DNA of 64,000 nt from Armatimonadota bacterium (lineage in GTDB: Bacteria; Armatimonadota; UBA5829; DSUL01), in the NCBI GenBank assembly GCA_039811685.1, contig JBDHZC010000002.1, positions 416,001-480,000 on the forward strand. The letters are read 5' to 3'. How positions within the stretch are numbered: position 1 is the first letter of the stretch; each line of letters opens with the position of its first letter. Both the position numbers and the translations under genes were made by a program. Below are positions 19,611 to 29,335 of the stretch, in pieces. A model generated the notes under the pieces. It saw only the letters and a list, made by a program, of their open reading frames with translations, had not been told where the DNA came from and ran no database searches.

Positions 19611-20920
19611 GGCCGGCGCTCCCGAATACGTGTCAGCGCCAGCGTTCCAAGAGTGTAGTAAGAAATGGCCACGATCATCAGAGCCCGGTAACCAAGGCCG
19701 GGACCGGCGCGATTGCCTATCGCGGCTATCTGACCGGCTATCAGGGGCGCGACGATTTGCGGGACCGTGTCCGACAGCCCCCACACCCCAAGGTACTTCG
19801 CGCGCGCCTGCTCCGGCAGAAGATTGCAGCCCAGCGCCCAATCCACAGCAGTGAAAGCGCCAAACCCCGCACCGAAAACCCCAACGGCAGCGTAGGCGAC
19901 AGGCAGTGATTTGGCCAGAACAAAGACCACCGCAGCGGCTAGGCAAGTGCCGTTTGCCACGTACAGCACAGACTTTCTTGAGGTTCTATCGCTGATCTGT
20001 CCAGCCGGAACGATGCCGAGGAGACCCGTCACGGTTGACACCACCATAAAAGCGGCCAGAACGCGCGGCGCAACGCTGCGATCTACCCCCAGAGTATACT
20101 CGATGTAGTACAGAAGAAACGACAGCACCGTGTAAAACCCGAGCATAATCGCAAATCGCGACGCAATCACCCAGCCGAAGGTCGGGTAGGGACGAGGCGA
20201 GAGGTTTATGATGTCGCGCAGACGCTCACCCAGGGCTCTGTCCGATCTGGGCGCGGGCGCCTCGCAGATCAACCAGATATAGGCCACCATAAAAACATTC
20301 AGCATCAGCGCGAACAGGACGGACGCGACAACGAGGCCGGAGGGCGTTCCAAGCAGCAGTCCCGCCACCAGTGGCCCGCCGATGCGCCCCAGAATCTGCC
20401 AGACACCCATGTACGCCGAAGCCCGTCCGTGGTAGGCCAGCGGGATTTTATCCGGCAACAGCGCCTGATACGGCCCCATGGCGAAGTTGAGAGAGAACTG
20501 CAGACTCACGTAAACCGCCAGAAGCGCCGGCATGGTTGTCGCATACGGAAAGGCAAGCAGAGGAACGCTTGCAACCAGCGTGCCGATGACCACGTACGGC
20601 CGGCGCTGGCCCCAGCGAGACCCGAATGTATCGCTGAAAGCGCCGGAAAGAATCTGAGTCAGCGCAGCGACGGCCGCGCCAGTGGCAAGCAGGACGCCAA
20701 GCGCCTGATCTTTGTGAGCTGTGCCCACAATCTGCTCCACACGGTGGGGCAGAATCAGGGCGAGCATCGAGCCCCAGAAGAACGACAGGGCAAACCAGTA
20801 CACCGAGACTCCCAGATAGTCCCGGATTCCTGGCGGAGAAACTACCTCCTGCGAATGCTGAAGCGCGCTCGTTGGAAGCGCCGAACCAGCTAAGGAGTCG
20901 GAAGGTTCAGAGTTTGTCAT
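19598..20920 (-). CDS. MFS transporter (probable sugar/glycoside type)
   Basis: About 12 TM segments; GAFSDTFGSRWGQRRPY and GQISDRTSRK motif-A repeats. Confidence 0.88.
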   Translation of the reverse strand: MTNSEPSDSLAGSALPTSALQHSQEVVSPPGIRDYLGVSVYWFALSFFWGSMLALILPHRVEQIVGTAHKDQALGVLLATGAAVAALTQILSGAFSDTFGSRWGQRRPYVVIGTLVASVPLLAFPYATTMPALLAVYVSLQFSLNFAMGPYQALLPDKIPLAYHGRASAYMGVWQILGRIGGPLVAGLLLGTPSGLVVASVLFALMLNVFMVAYIWLICEAPAPRSDRALGERLRDIINLSPRPYPTFGWVIASRFAIMLGFYTVLSFLLYYIEYTLGVDRSVAPRVLAAFMVVSTVTGLLGIVPAGQISDRTSRKSVLYVANGTCLAAAVVFVLAKSLPVAYAAVGVFGAGFGAFTAVDWALGCNLLPEQARAKYLGVWGLSDTVPQIVAPLIAGQIAAIGNRAGPGLGYRALMIVAISYYTLGTLALTRIRERRPWQH

Positions 20921-20982
20921 CTGCAGGCTGTCAAGAGCCGTCCCTGATCCAGAGTTCAGTTCGACAGCCGCCGCTCCCTCAG

Positions 20983-21594
20983 CTAGCCCGCCACAGCGTC
21001 AAAAACACCTGCAGCCTTCAACCATGTCGTGCCAAACAGCCGGTTGCCTGATGCTTTGAGATGCACGCCATCGGTGGTGAAGGCTGGCTCTGGCGACACT
21101 GTATGCCAGCGCGCAATAGCCTCCAGAAACGCTCTGTGAATCGGCACTATGACAGCGCCGTGTTCGCGGGCAATCCGCTCTGCGCTATCGCAGTAGTCCG
21201 CCAGCTTGCCATTGTCCTCGTTGTCCAGGTCCTCTCCGATGACCGAGGGTGTGCACAGCATGACTTTCGCCTGGCTACCCGCAGCGATCGCCTTGAAAAG
21301 CTCCTCCATCCCGCGCTGAAAATCCGGCAGAGCGACGCCGTCCGCGCCATGCCACACGTCGTTGATGCCAATGGACACCGATATCCAGTCTGGATTCTCA
21401 CTGAGCACATCGCGCTCAAGCCGCTCCAGCAACTGCACAATCTTGTTGCCGCCAACCCCGCGATTGACGCACGTGAGACGAAGCTCGGGACAAAGCGCCT
21501 GCAACATCTCATCCACAAAGCTCACATAGCCCGGGTCGGCCTCCGTAATGCTGTCTCCGAAAAAAACAATCTTCTGGTCAGTTTGAAAAATCAT
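20983..21594 (-). CDS. SGNH/GDSL hydrolase
   Basis: GDSIT, NRGVGG, IGIND, DGVH blocks. Confidence 0.93.
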   Translation of the reverse strand: MIFQTDQKIVFFGDSITEADPGYVSFVDEMLQALCPELRLTCVNRGVGGNKIVQLLERLERDVLSENPDWISVSIGINDVWHGADGVALPDFQRGMEELFKAIAAGSQAKVMLCTPSVIGEDLDNEDNGKLADYCDSAERIAREHGAVIVPIHRAFLEAIARWHTVSPEPAFTTDGVHLKASGNRLFGTTWLKAAGVFDAVAG

Positions 21595-21695
21595 AAAGCT
21601 CCGTCATCCCTAAATAGACGAGGACGCGTCTGGATTAGTCCCGCTTTGCCTGTGCAGACACTCAATGTCCACCGCCTGCGAAAGTGCAGAAAGTC

Positions 21696-24600
21696 TCAGT
21701 CACTGAGCTTTGCGCTGATTACGCTGGAGATGCCTGGCTCCTGCATCGTAATGCCATAGAGCACATCGGCCGCTTCCATAGTCGCGCGGTTGTGCGTGAT
21801 AACAATGAACTGTGACTCCTCCGCGAACTGGCGCACAAGCTGCGCAAAGCGCCCCACATTGGCATCGTCCAGCGGGGCGTCCACCTCGTCCAGCACACAG
21901 AACGGAGATGGCCGCACACGCATCAGCGCAAACAGAAGCGCCTGCGCTGTCAGCGCCTTCTCCCCGCCGCTGAGCAAATCCATATTCTGCAGCTTCTTGC
22001 CCGGAGGCTGCACAAAGACTTCGATACCGGTTTCCAGCAGATTGTCCGGTTGCGTAAGCTCCAGTTGCGCGACACCTCCGCCAAAAAGCAGAGTAAAGAG
22101 CTCCTCAAAGTTGCCCTTCACCTGCTCGAATGTGTTCATGAACAGATCGCGAGTGGAGTCGTCAATCTCCCGGATCGCTTCCAGCAGCGAGTCGCGCGCT
22201 TCCTCCAGATCCGTGCGCTGCGTAGCCAGAAACTCCCAGCGCTCTCGGACGCGCTCAAACTCCGCGATGGCGCCGGTGTTCACCTCACCCATCGCGCGAA
22301 TCTCCTTACGCAGGCGCGCCACCTCGCCAACAGTCCCATGTTTGATGAGCAGAGGCTCCGGCCAGCTCATCGCGTCTGACCTGGTGATCTCGTACTCGTC
22401 CCAAAGACGCTCGAGATTCTGCGCGAGGTCCGCCTCTGAGCGGGTCAGTGAAATCTGCAACTGATGCAGTTCTTCACTCAGTCCGTCCCGCAAATCGCGT
22501 GTATCTTTGAGCTGCATCGCCCGCGCATGGTGTTCCTGCTGGGCGGACTGCGAAGCCGCCTGAGCCTCGGCCAACAACTCCTCAGCGCGCTTGAACGCCG
22601 CCAGAGCCGCCTCAGCGTCTATCGCCAGGTCCTGAAGAGACTCATCGGAAAGGCTTCCGGCGGACTCAACATCCGAAAGCTCGCGCCGCCGCGCTTCAAG
22701 TGAATGTGTCGCGCGCTGAATCTCTTCCTGAGTCTGACTCTGCGCACGCGAGACAGAGTTCTCCCGCTCAATCAGCGCTGAAAGTCTGCTGGATAGCTCC
22801 GAGACTTCCTCAGCGCGCCGGTGCCTTTCAGACTGCATCTCACCGAGCTCCTTGCGCTGATGCTCCAGCATCTCATCCAGGCTGCTGCCTTCCGATCCCG
22901 TGTTGTCCAGCAAAGCCTGCAGGGCCGCGCTCTCAGCCTGGATAGTCGCGGACTGCGCGCGGGTGGACTCGAGGCGCGACAACGTTTCGCGCTCCGCGTC
23001 ATCCATCTCGCGAAGAGACGCCCTCGCGCTGTCTCTCTCCCCGGCCGCCTGCGCCAGACACACCTTCGCCTGTTCACCCTCAGCCTGGACTTCTGAGAGC
23101 TTTCCCGCAAGCTCTTCCAGCTCGACCTTGATCTGCTGAACAGCCGCCTGTGCCAGCTCCTGTTCATCTGTCAGGCGCTCAAGCTCGCGGCCCAACTCGG
23201 CAATCTCCCGCTTGCGCTCGATGAGACCCGCGCCTTTTTTCACGCGGCTGCCCCCTGTGACGGCGCCGCTTGGCACCAGCAGTTCCCCTTCAAGGGTGAC
23301 GATTTTCCCCCACCCGCGAAGCTTTCGGGCTGCCTCGCCAGCAAACTGAACGTTCTCCGCCACCAGCACACGCCCCAGCAGAAGCCGGGCGACCGGATCG
23401 TAGCGCCGGTCAAACTCAACCAGTTCATACGCGGAGCCTCTGAGTCCGTTCACTCCGCGCCAGCGCTCACGCGTCCAGACATCCCGGTCTTCCAGACGGT
23501 CCATAGGGAGAAACGTCGCCCGTCCCAGATTCCGGCTCTTCAGAAACTCAATAGCCCGGCGAGCGTCTTCAAAGGTTGAGCAGGCGATATCCTGAACCTG
23601 ACTGCCGAGCGCGGCTTCCAGCGCGTGATCCAGATCTGCTGGAATACGCAGAATATCAGCCACAGCAGCGTAGTCCGCCGGCAGGTCTCCCTTACGCGCC
23701 GCCGACAATACCGAGCGTACACCGGCAAAATACCCCTCGCGGGCCTCTTCCAGTTCTTTGAGCATTTTCAGGCGGCTGCCACAGTCAATGCTGAGACGCG
23801 AGGCCTCCTCTCTCAGGGCCTGCGCGGACTCAAGATTCTCCCGCGCGTCTTCGTGGCGAGAGCGCAACTCCTGGAGCAGCGCAGAGAGGGCTTCGACGTT
23901 TTGAGTCTGCGCGGCTACAACGCTCTCCGCGCGCTCCACATCCTGAATGCGTGTGTCGCGCCGCTCGGCAAGACTCTGCAAACGCTCCTGAGCGACGGCT
24001 TCGGCGGCTTCCAGCTCCTGTCTGCGCCGGAGATTGCTCTCCAGTCGGCTCCTCTGAGCAGCCTTGTCTTCCGCCAGACCGCGAGCGCTTGCTTCCTGCT
24101 CGGCCAGAGACTCCTCCCGCTGCCGGATCTGCTGCGTGAACTGATGAAGGCCTGCCTTCAGACGCGCGACTTCCTCTTCCAGACCTGACCTGGTCTGCGC
24201 CGTATCGCTATGCTCTTCAGCGCGCGCGTCCAGTTGCTGTGAAAGCTCCGCAAGGCGCATCTCGAGCCGGATGATGTCCTCACTGGCCCGTTTCCGCGCC
24301 TCCTCGGCAGACTGGCGATGCGCCTGAGCTATGGCCAGATCGCTGCGAAGCCGCTCCGCCGCGCTCTGCGCATGCGAAAACTCCCTATGCGTGGTTTCAA
24401 GGGTGCTCTGGGCTTCACGGGCCGCCTGCCCCGCATCAGCTTCGGCCTGAGTCTGGGAGGCAAAGACGCCTTCCAACTCCGCCACCTGCGCGGTGATGGA
24501 TTCCTCAGTGAGTTTGTAATCGCTAATATCGGAGTCCAGCTTCTGCACGCGCGACACCAGCAGCCCCACTTCAATTTCACGCAGACGCTCCGTAAGCTCC

Positions 24601-25247
24601 CGGTAACGGATGGCTGTCTCCGCCTGCTCCGCCAGCGGCTCCATCTGCGTCTGCAACTCCTGCATGATGTCGTCCACACGGGAAAGATTCTCGCGCGTGT
24701 GCTCCAGCTTCCGGTACGTCTCGTGACGCCGGACGCGATATTTCTTCACACCGGCGGCTTCTTCCAGCAGTTCTCGGCGGTCCTCAGCTTTGCCAGTCAG
24801 CAGACGGTCAATCTCTCCCTGGCTGACCATGGAGTAAGCGCCCCTCCCTGCGCCGGAATCCAGAAAGAGCTCAAAGATGTCTTTCAGGCGGCAGGGGACT
24901 TTGTTGATGAAGTACTCGCTGTCTCCGGAGCGGTAGGCGCGGCGCGTAACGGTGATCTCTTCGAAGCCCACCGGCAGGCTGCCGCTTGAGTTGTCGAGTG
25001 TGAGGGAGACTTCCGCCAACCCCACCGCCTTGCGCTTCGCGCTGCCGTTGAAGATGACGTCCTCTGTCTTGTTGGCGCGCAGATGCCGCACATTGGACTC
25101 GCCCATCACCCAGGCGATGGCGTCCGAGATGTTGCTCTTGCCAGAGCCATTCGGGCCGACAACCGCTGTGATCCCGGGGGTAAAAACGACTTCCGTGTTG
25201 TCCGCGAAGGTTTTGAACCCTCGGATCTCCAGCTTTTTTAAGCGCAA
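21696..25247 (-). CDS. smc: Chromosome segregation protein SMC
   Basis: GPNGSGKSN Walker A, hinge GRATFLP, LSGGEK signature, LDEVDAPLD; 1183 aa with long coiled coils. TGtTACAAT extended -10 at 25310-25318. Confidence 0.98.
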   Translation of the reverse strand: MRLKKLEIRGFKTFADNTEVVFTPGITAVVGPNGSGKSNISDAIAWVMGESNVRHLRANKTEDVIFNGSAKRKAVGLAEVSLTLDNSSGSLPVGFEEITVTRRAYRSGDSEYFINKVPCRLKDIFELFLDSGAGRGAYSMVSQGEIDRLLTGKAEDRRELLEEAAGVKKYRVRRHETYRKLEHTRENLSRVDDIMQELQTQMEPLAEQAETAIRYRELTERLREIEVGLLVSRVQKLDSDISDYKLTEESITAQVAELEGVFASQTQAEADAGQAAREAQSTLETTHREFSHAQSAAERLRSDLAIAQAHRQSAEEARKRASEDIIRLEMRLAELSQQLDARAEEHSDTAQTRSGLEEEVARLKAGLHQFTQQIRQREESLAEQEASARGLAEDKAAQRSRLESNLRRRQELEAAEAVAQERLQSLAERRDTRIQDVERAESVVAAQTQNVEALSALLQELRSRHEDARENLESAQALREEASRLSIDCGSRLKMLKELEEAREGYFAGVRSVLSAARKGDLPADYAAVADILRIPADLDHALEAALGSQVQDIACSTFEDARRAIEFLKSRNLGRATFLPMDRLEDRDVWTRERWRGVNGLRGSAYELVEFDRRYDPVARLLLGRVLVAENVQFAGEAARKLRGWGKIVTLEGELLVPSGAVTGGSRVKKGAGLIERKREIAELGRELERLTDEQELAQAAVQQIKVELEELAGKLSEVQAEGEQAKVCLAQAAGERDSARASLREMDDAERETLSRLESTRAQSATIQAESAALQALLDNTGSEGSSLDEMLEHQRKELGEMQSERHRRAEEVSELSSRLSALIERENSVSRAQSQTQEEIQRATHSLEARRRELSDVESAGSLSDESLQDLAIDAEAALAAFKRAEELLAEAQAASQSAQQEHHARAMQLKDTRDLRDGLSEELHQLQISLTRSEADLAQNLERLWDEYEITRSDAMSWPEPLLIKHGTVGEVARLRKEIRAMGEVNTGAIAEFERVRERWEFLATQRTDLEEARDSLLEAIREIDDSTRDLFMNTFEQVKGNFEELFTLLFGGGVAQLELTQPDNLLETGIEVFVQPPGKKLQNMDLLSGGEKALTAQALLFALMRVRPSPFCVLDEVDAPLDDANVGRFAQLVRQFAEESQFIVITHNRATMEAADVLYGITMQEPGISSVISAKLSD

Positions 25248-25372
25248 ATGAGCCTCCCTGCCAACGATGCGAAAGCGCCAGGTCTCACAGACGCGACGCT
25301 CTGAGAGCTATTGTAACACGCAGAGGCAGATGCGGAAAAGGCGGCCATGCGGCGCGCCGGGATGACAAACTC

Positions 25373-26392
25373 CTACCAGCCTTCTACGGGAATCCCGAGC
25401 TTCTTCAGCTCTGCGCGGTATTTCTCAACGTCCTGCGGGCGGACAATGTCCACGCCAGTATCTATGATCCCGTTGCGAGCGCCCATCCCCTTCAGCGCCT
25501 CGTCTTTTCCGTCGCGGATAATCGCGCTGATCACCTCAACACCCTTGAGTCCCATCAGATACGGGCGCTGACCGATGACCACGTCAAGCTTCTTCTGCTT
25601 AAGCATATTCATGTGCTCTTTCAGATTGTCGAAGCAGACTATCTTGACTTTTCCGGTCCTGCCTGCGGACTCTGTCGCGATAGCGCAGGATGGACCGTTG
25701 AGAGCATACACGCCAAAGAACGCGGCCAGATCGGGCGTCGCCGCGAGTTTGGCTTTGGCTTTCTGGATAGCAACAGCGCGATCTTCATTGTCCACCAGAA
25801 CCTCCGGTAGAACAGTGATGCCCGGATACTTCGCCGCCATGACCTCCTTGAAGCCCTTGATGCGCTCCAGAGAGTTGGAAGCCGTGACGGAGCCTGTCGC
25901 AATGCAGACCTTGCCCTTTCCGCCCAGCTCCTTAGCCATCTCCTCAGCCGCAGTCTTGCCGGCCAGATAGTTGTCCGTACCCACGTAAGCGGCTCTGCCG
26001 CTGTCTGGGGCATCTGTGTCCATCGCCACGCACGTTATCTTGCGGGCGATAGCGTCCTTTATGGCCGGCCCGACAGTTTCAGGGTCGGAGGCGGCAAAAA
26101 GAATCCCGTTTTTGCCGAGCGCCACCCAGCTCTTGATCTTCTCCGCCTGCTTCTGCGCATCTTCCTTGGACGGAACGTAGAACTCCACGTCAACACCGGC
26201 CTTCCCCGCAGCCGCCTTCATCCCCATCTCAACCTGATCCCAGAAAGGGTGGACGGATTTACCCAGACCGGCGATCTGAAGCCTGCCGGAGCCAGACGGC
26301 CCTCCGGCCGCATTGTCGCCGGGACCCTTGGCGCAACCAGTGGTCAAGACACAGGCAAGGCTGAGCGCAAGCGCGAATCTGAAAAGTTTCAT
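25373..26392 (-). CDS. Sugar ABC transporter substrate-binding lipoprotein (RbsB-like)
   Basis: Lipobox LTTGC, HPFW, YVGTDNY.AG, QRPY.MG; start at MKLFRF. Confidence 0.9.
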   Translation of the reverse strand: MKLFRFALALSLACVLTTGCAKGPGDNAAGGPSGSGRLQIAGLGKSVHPFWDQVEMGMKAAAGKAGVDVEFYVPSKEDAQKQAEKIKSWVALGKNGILFAASDPETVGPAIKDAIARKITCVAMDTDAPDSGRAAYVGTDNYLAGKTAAEEMAKELGGKGKVCIATGSVTASNSLERIKGFKEVMAAKYPGITVLPEVLVDNEDRAVAIQKAKAKLAATPDLAAFFGVYALNGPSCAIATESAGRTGKVKIVCFDNLKEHMNMLKQKKLDVVIGQRPYLMGLKGVEVISAIIRDGKDEALKGMGARNGIIDTGVDIVRPQDVEKYRAELKKLGIPVEGW

Positions 26393-26510
26393 GTGTGGAG
26401 TATCCCTCAGCGCAAAAGCGCACGTCGTGATGAGAAAAAGCTGTGTTGGAAATTCTCGATGGAGCCAGATGTTTCCTCTGTCCGGCTCGCTTGAGAAGAA
26501 AGGGGCCAAA

Positions 26511-27485
26511 TCAGAGCCTTTCGCGCCGCCGCCTCCGCACGCTATCCAGAGTCACAGCAAGGACCACCACAAAACCTGTTGACATGGACTGCCACCACGA
26601 CTCAACACCGATGAAGGTCAATCCGAGCGGCAACAAACTCATCAGACCGGCGCCTATCACAGCGCCCAGAATCGTCCCGACGCCACCCGTTAGACTGATT
26701 CCACCGATGACTACAGCAGCGATGGCGGTCAGTTCATAGGCCACTCCCGCCTTCGGATCTCCGATGGTTACACCGGACGCAATGATTACGCCGGCCAGAG
26801 CGGCGCACGCCGCGCTTGCTGAGTAGCAGAATGCGCGCACGCCCTCCACATTGACTCCGGCCAGTCGCGCCGCCTCGACATTGCCGCCAACCGCATAGAT
26901 CCGGCGGCCGAGCGCAGTGTGATGGGCAATCAGATGAGCGACGATGGCCAGCGCGACGAACAGGACCCCAGCAACCGGCAAAAACGGAAGAAAACGGACG
27001 TGCGCGTTGCCGCTTGCGCCGATAGCGTTGAACGCCTCCGGCAGCCCGCTGATAATGGAGCCGTGAGTGATATACTCAGCCAGCCCCCGCGCGATGATCA
27101 GCGTCCCCAGAGTGATGATGAACGGGGGCACCCCCAGGCGGTTGATATAAAACGAGTGGTAGAGACCAATCCCGACACCGGCGGCAAGCGTCAGCGCAAT
27201 GGCGAGGACAACAGCAGGCACATCTCCCATAACAGGCGCCAGCTTCTGCACCAGTAGCGCATCCAGAACACCGGCCAGCGCGATAATAGAGCCGGGCGCC
27301 AGGTCAATGCCGCCCGTGAGTATGACGAAGGTCTCCCCGATTGCCAGAAGCCCAATCAGCGACAGAGAAAACAGCCACAGATTCGCGGAGTAAGTCTGGA
27401 AAAAAGCAGCCGGATTCAGGACCGCTACGGCCACCATGGCCACAACCAGCGCGACAAATATCCCCGACTCGGCGCGGTTCTTCAC
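26511..27485 (-). CDS. Sugar ABC transporter permease (RbsC-like)
   Basis: ILTGGIDL, PPFIITLG, GRRIYAVGGN.EAARLAGV, YELTAIAAVVIGG; start uncertain. Confidence 0.92.
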   Translation of the reverse strand: MKNRAESGIFVALVVAMVAVAVLNPAAFFQTYSANLWLFSLSLIGLLAIGETFVILTGGIDLAPGSIIALAGVLDALLVQKLAPVMGDVPAVVLAIALTLAAGVGIGLYHSFYINRLGVPPFIITLGTLIIARGLAEYITHGSIISGLPEAFNAIGASGNAHVRFLPFLPVAGVLFVALAIVAHLIAHHTALGRRIYAVGGNVEAARLAGVNVEGVRAFCYSASAACAALAGVIIASGVTIGDPKAGVAYELTAIAAVVIGGISLTGGVGTILGAVIGAGLMSLLPLGLTFIGVESWWQSMSTGFVVVLAVTLDSVRRRRRERL

Positions 27486-27534
27486 GCGGACGCACACCCC
27501 GCACTGGCCCTGGCAGTCACAGTGGGCAGGAAGA

Positions 27535-28173
27535 TCAAGCCGCCTTCTCCCGGGGTTCTTCCGGGCGCAGATGATGCCACACCCAGAAAGCCACCGCGCA
27601 CACAAACACGACCAGCACAACCACATCCGCACCCTGGAAGTACCGCTTCAGATCTTCCCAGCGGTCGCCAAGTTTGTGCCCCGCCCACGCCAGAGCGTAA
27701 CACCACGGCAGACTTCCGAGAAACGTATAGACCGTGAAGTGCCAGAAACGCATCCGGGAGATGCCCGCCGGCAGCGAAATGACAGTCCTCACGACTGGCA
27801 GCAAGCGGCTGATAAAGATAGCCCAGTCTCCCCAGCGGTCGAAGAAGCGATCTGCTGCGTCCACGTCGCGCTTTCTGACAAGCAGATAGCGCCCATACTT
27901 ATACACAAAGGGACGTCCGCCGAAGTAGCCGACCCAGTAAGCCAGCCACGATCCCAGAACGCAGCCCAGCGCGCCAGCGACTGCCATTCCGATCAGAGAG
28001 AACTTTTCGGGATTTTGAGAGACCAGATACCCGCCAAAGGGCATGATAATCTCACTGGGAAGAGGGATACAGGCGCTTTCAATGGCCATCATCAGCACAA
28101 TACCTAGGTAGCCAAGCGCCGCGATCGTGCCGGTGGTCCACGCTATGACCGGTGCGAGAAGTTTGTGGATCAA
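27535..28173 (-). CDS. DedA family membrane protein
   Basis: ESACIPLPSE, RLLPVVRT.ISLPAG. Confidence 0.92.
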   Translation of the reverse strand: MIHKLLAPVIAWTTGTIAALGYLGIVLMMAIESACIPLPSEIIMPFGGYLVSQNPEKFSLIGMAVAGALGCVLGSWLAYWVGYFGGRPFVYKYGRYLLVRKRDVDAADRFFDRWGDWAIFISRLLPVVRTVISLPAGISRMRFWHFTVYTFLGSLPWCYALAWAGHKLGDRWEDLKRYFQGADVVVLVVFVCAVAFWVWHHLRPEEPREKAA

Positions 28174-29312
28174 GCCGCTCGTCCCAGAGCTGTCTCATAC
28201 ACCTCCAGCACTTTTGAAATCATCGCGTCCACGCTCAGAGAACCGGAGAACGCGCGGGCGGCGGCCCCAAAGCTCCTTCTCTGCTCGTCATCTCTAAGCA
28301 GACTCAACACGCGCCCGGAAAACTCCCGGGCATCGTTACCCACCAGGTAGCCCGTTTCGCCGTCGCGCACAAACTCCGGGATACCTCCGGACGCAACAGC
28401 CACGCTCGGCAGACCCTCTGCCGCTGCTTCTCCAACCGCCAGTCCCTGGGTCTCCGTCAGAGACGGAAAGACGAAGATATCCGCCTGAGAGAAGACATCT
28501 CGCAGTCTTGCGCGCTCCAGTGGACCAGTAAAGGTCGTGCGAACTCCAATGCCCTTGATTTTTGCGTTCTCCTTCAACTCTTCCAGATACGGCCCGCCGC
28601 CGACAATGACGAGACGCGCCCGGGGTTCTTCAGCGCTGACAATCTTGAACGACTCCAGAAGAAGCTCGAGGTTCTTCTCTTTCGCGATGCGCCCCACATA
28701 AACGAGCAGCCGATCCTGTGGCATCATACGGTACTTCGCGCGCAAATCAAAGCGCTCGCTGTGACCGTTATTCAGCTCAATTCCTGTAGGAATAGCTCGC
28801 CACGGCGTCTTTACTCCATAGCTTTGCAGAATCTTTCCTGTCGCGTTGCTGGGCACAATGACGGCGTTGCAGCGATTGTAGTAGTAGCGCATCCACGCCA
28901 CCACCAGCCACCTCCACATCCACGACGGCCCGTGAAAGTAGTGAACGTACTCCGTATAGAGTGTGTGGTTTGTGGAGACTACCGGCACCGAAGTGGCCTC
29001 CGCCCAGCCCAGCCCGGCTGTACCCACGACAAATGGAGTATGCGTATGCACAAGGTCCACCCGCAAAGAGCAAAACAGATCGAACATCCGATTCCCACCC
29101 GGCAGGGCAATCGGGTAGTCCGGTATGGACGATGGACGCACGCTTCGCAGGCGATAGACGTTTGAGCGCTCATCCTGATAGCCGGGAAAGTTGGGCGCGA
29201 AATAGCTGACGCGATGCCCGCGCTTCTCGAGCTCTCGTCCGAGAGTCTCTATGGAGATCGAGACGCCGTTCACTACAGGCGCGAAGCTCTCGGAGAATAT
29301 CCCTATGTGCAA
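28170..29312 (-). CDS. Glycosyltransferase family 4 (diacylglycerol glucosyltransferase-like)
   Basis: P.VNGVS.S, HTHTPF, YVGRIAKEKN, ETQGLAVGEA. Confidence 0.9.
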   Translation of the reverse strand: MHIGIFSESFAPVVNGVSISIETLGRELEKRGHRVSYFAPNFPGYQDERSNVYRLRSVRPSSIPDYPIALPGGNRMFDLFCSLRVDLVHTHTPFVVGTAGLGWAEATSVPVVSTNHTLYTEYVHYFHGPSWMWRWLVVAWMRYYYNRCNAVIVPSNATGKILQSYGVKTPWRAIPTGIELNNGHSERFDLRAKYRMMPQDRLLVYVGRIAKEKNLELLLESFKIVSAEEPRARLVIVGGGPYLEELKENAKIKGIGVRTTFTGPLERARLRDVFSQADIFVFPSLTETQGLAVGEAAAEGLPSVAVASGGIPEFVRDGETGYLVGNDAREFSGRVLSLLRDDEQRRSFGAAARAFSGSLSVDAMISKVLEVYETALGRAA

Positions 29313-29335
29313 TCCTTGCCTGGCCTCTGTGAAGA

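Noticed and set aside
19611..19946. Extension of the TetA-like MFS ORF
   Set aside because: Overlaps the upstream MFS gene in another frame; homology begins at LKNRSVLSIIF.
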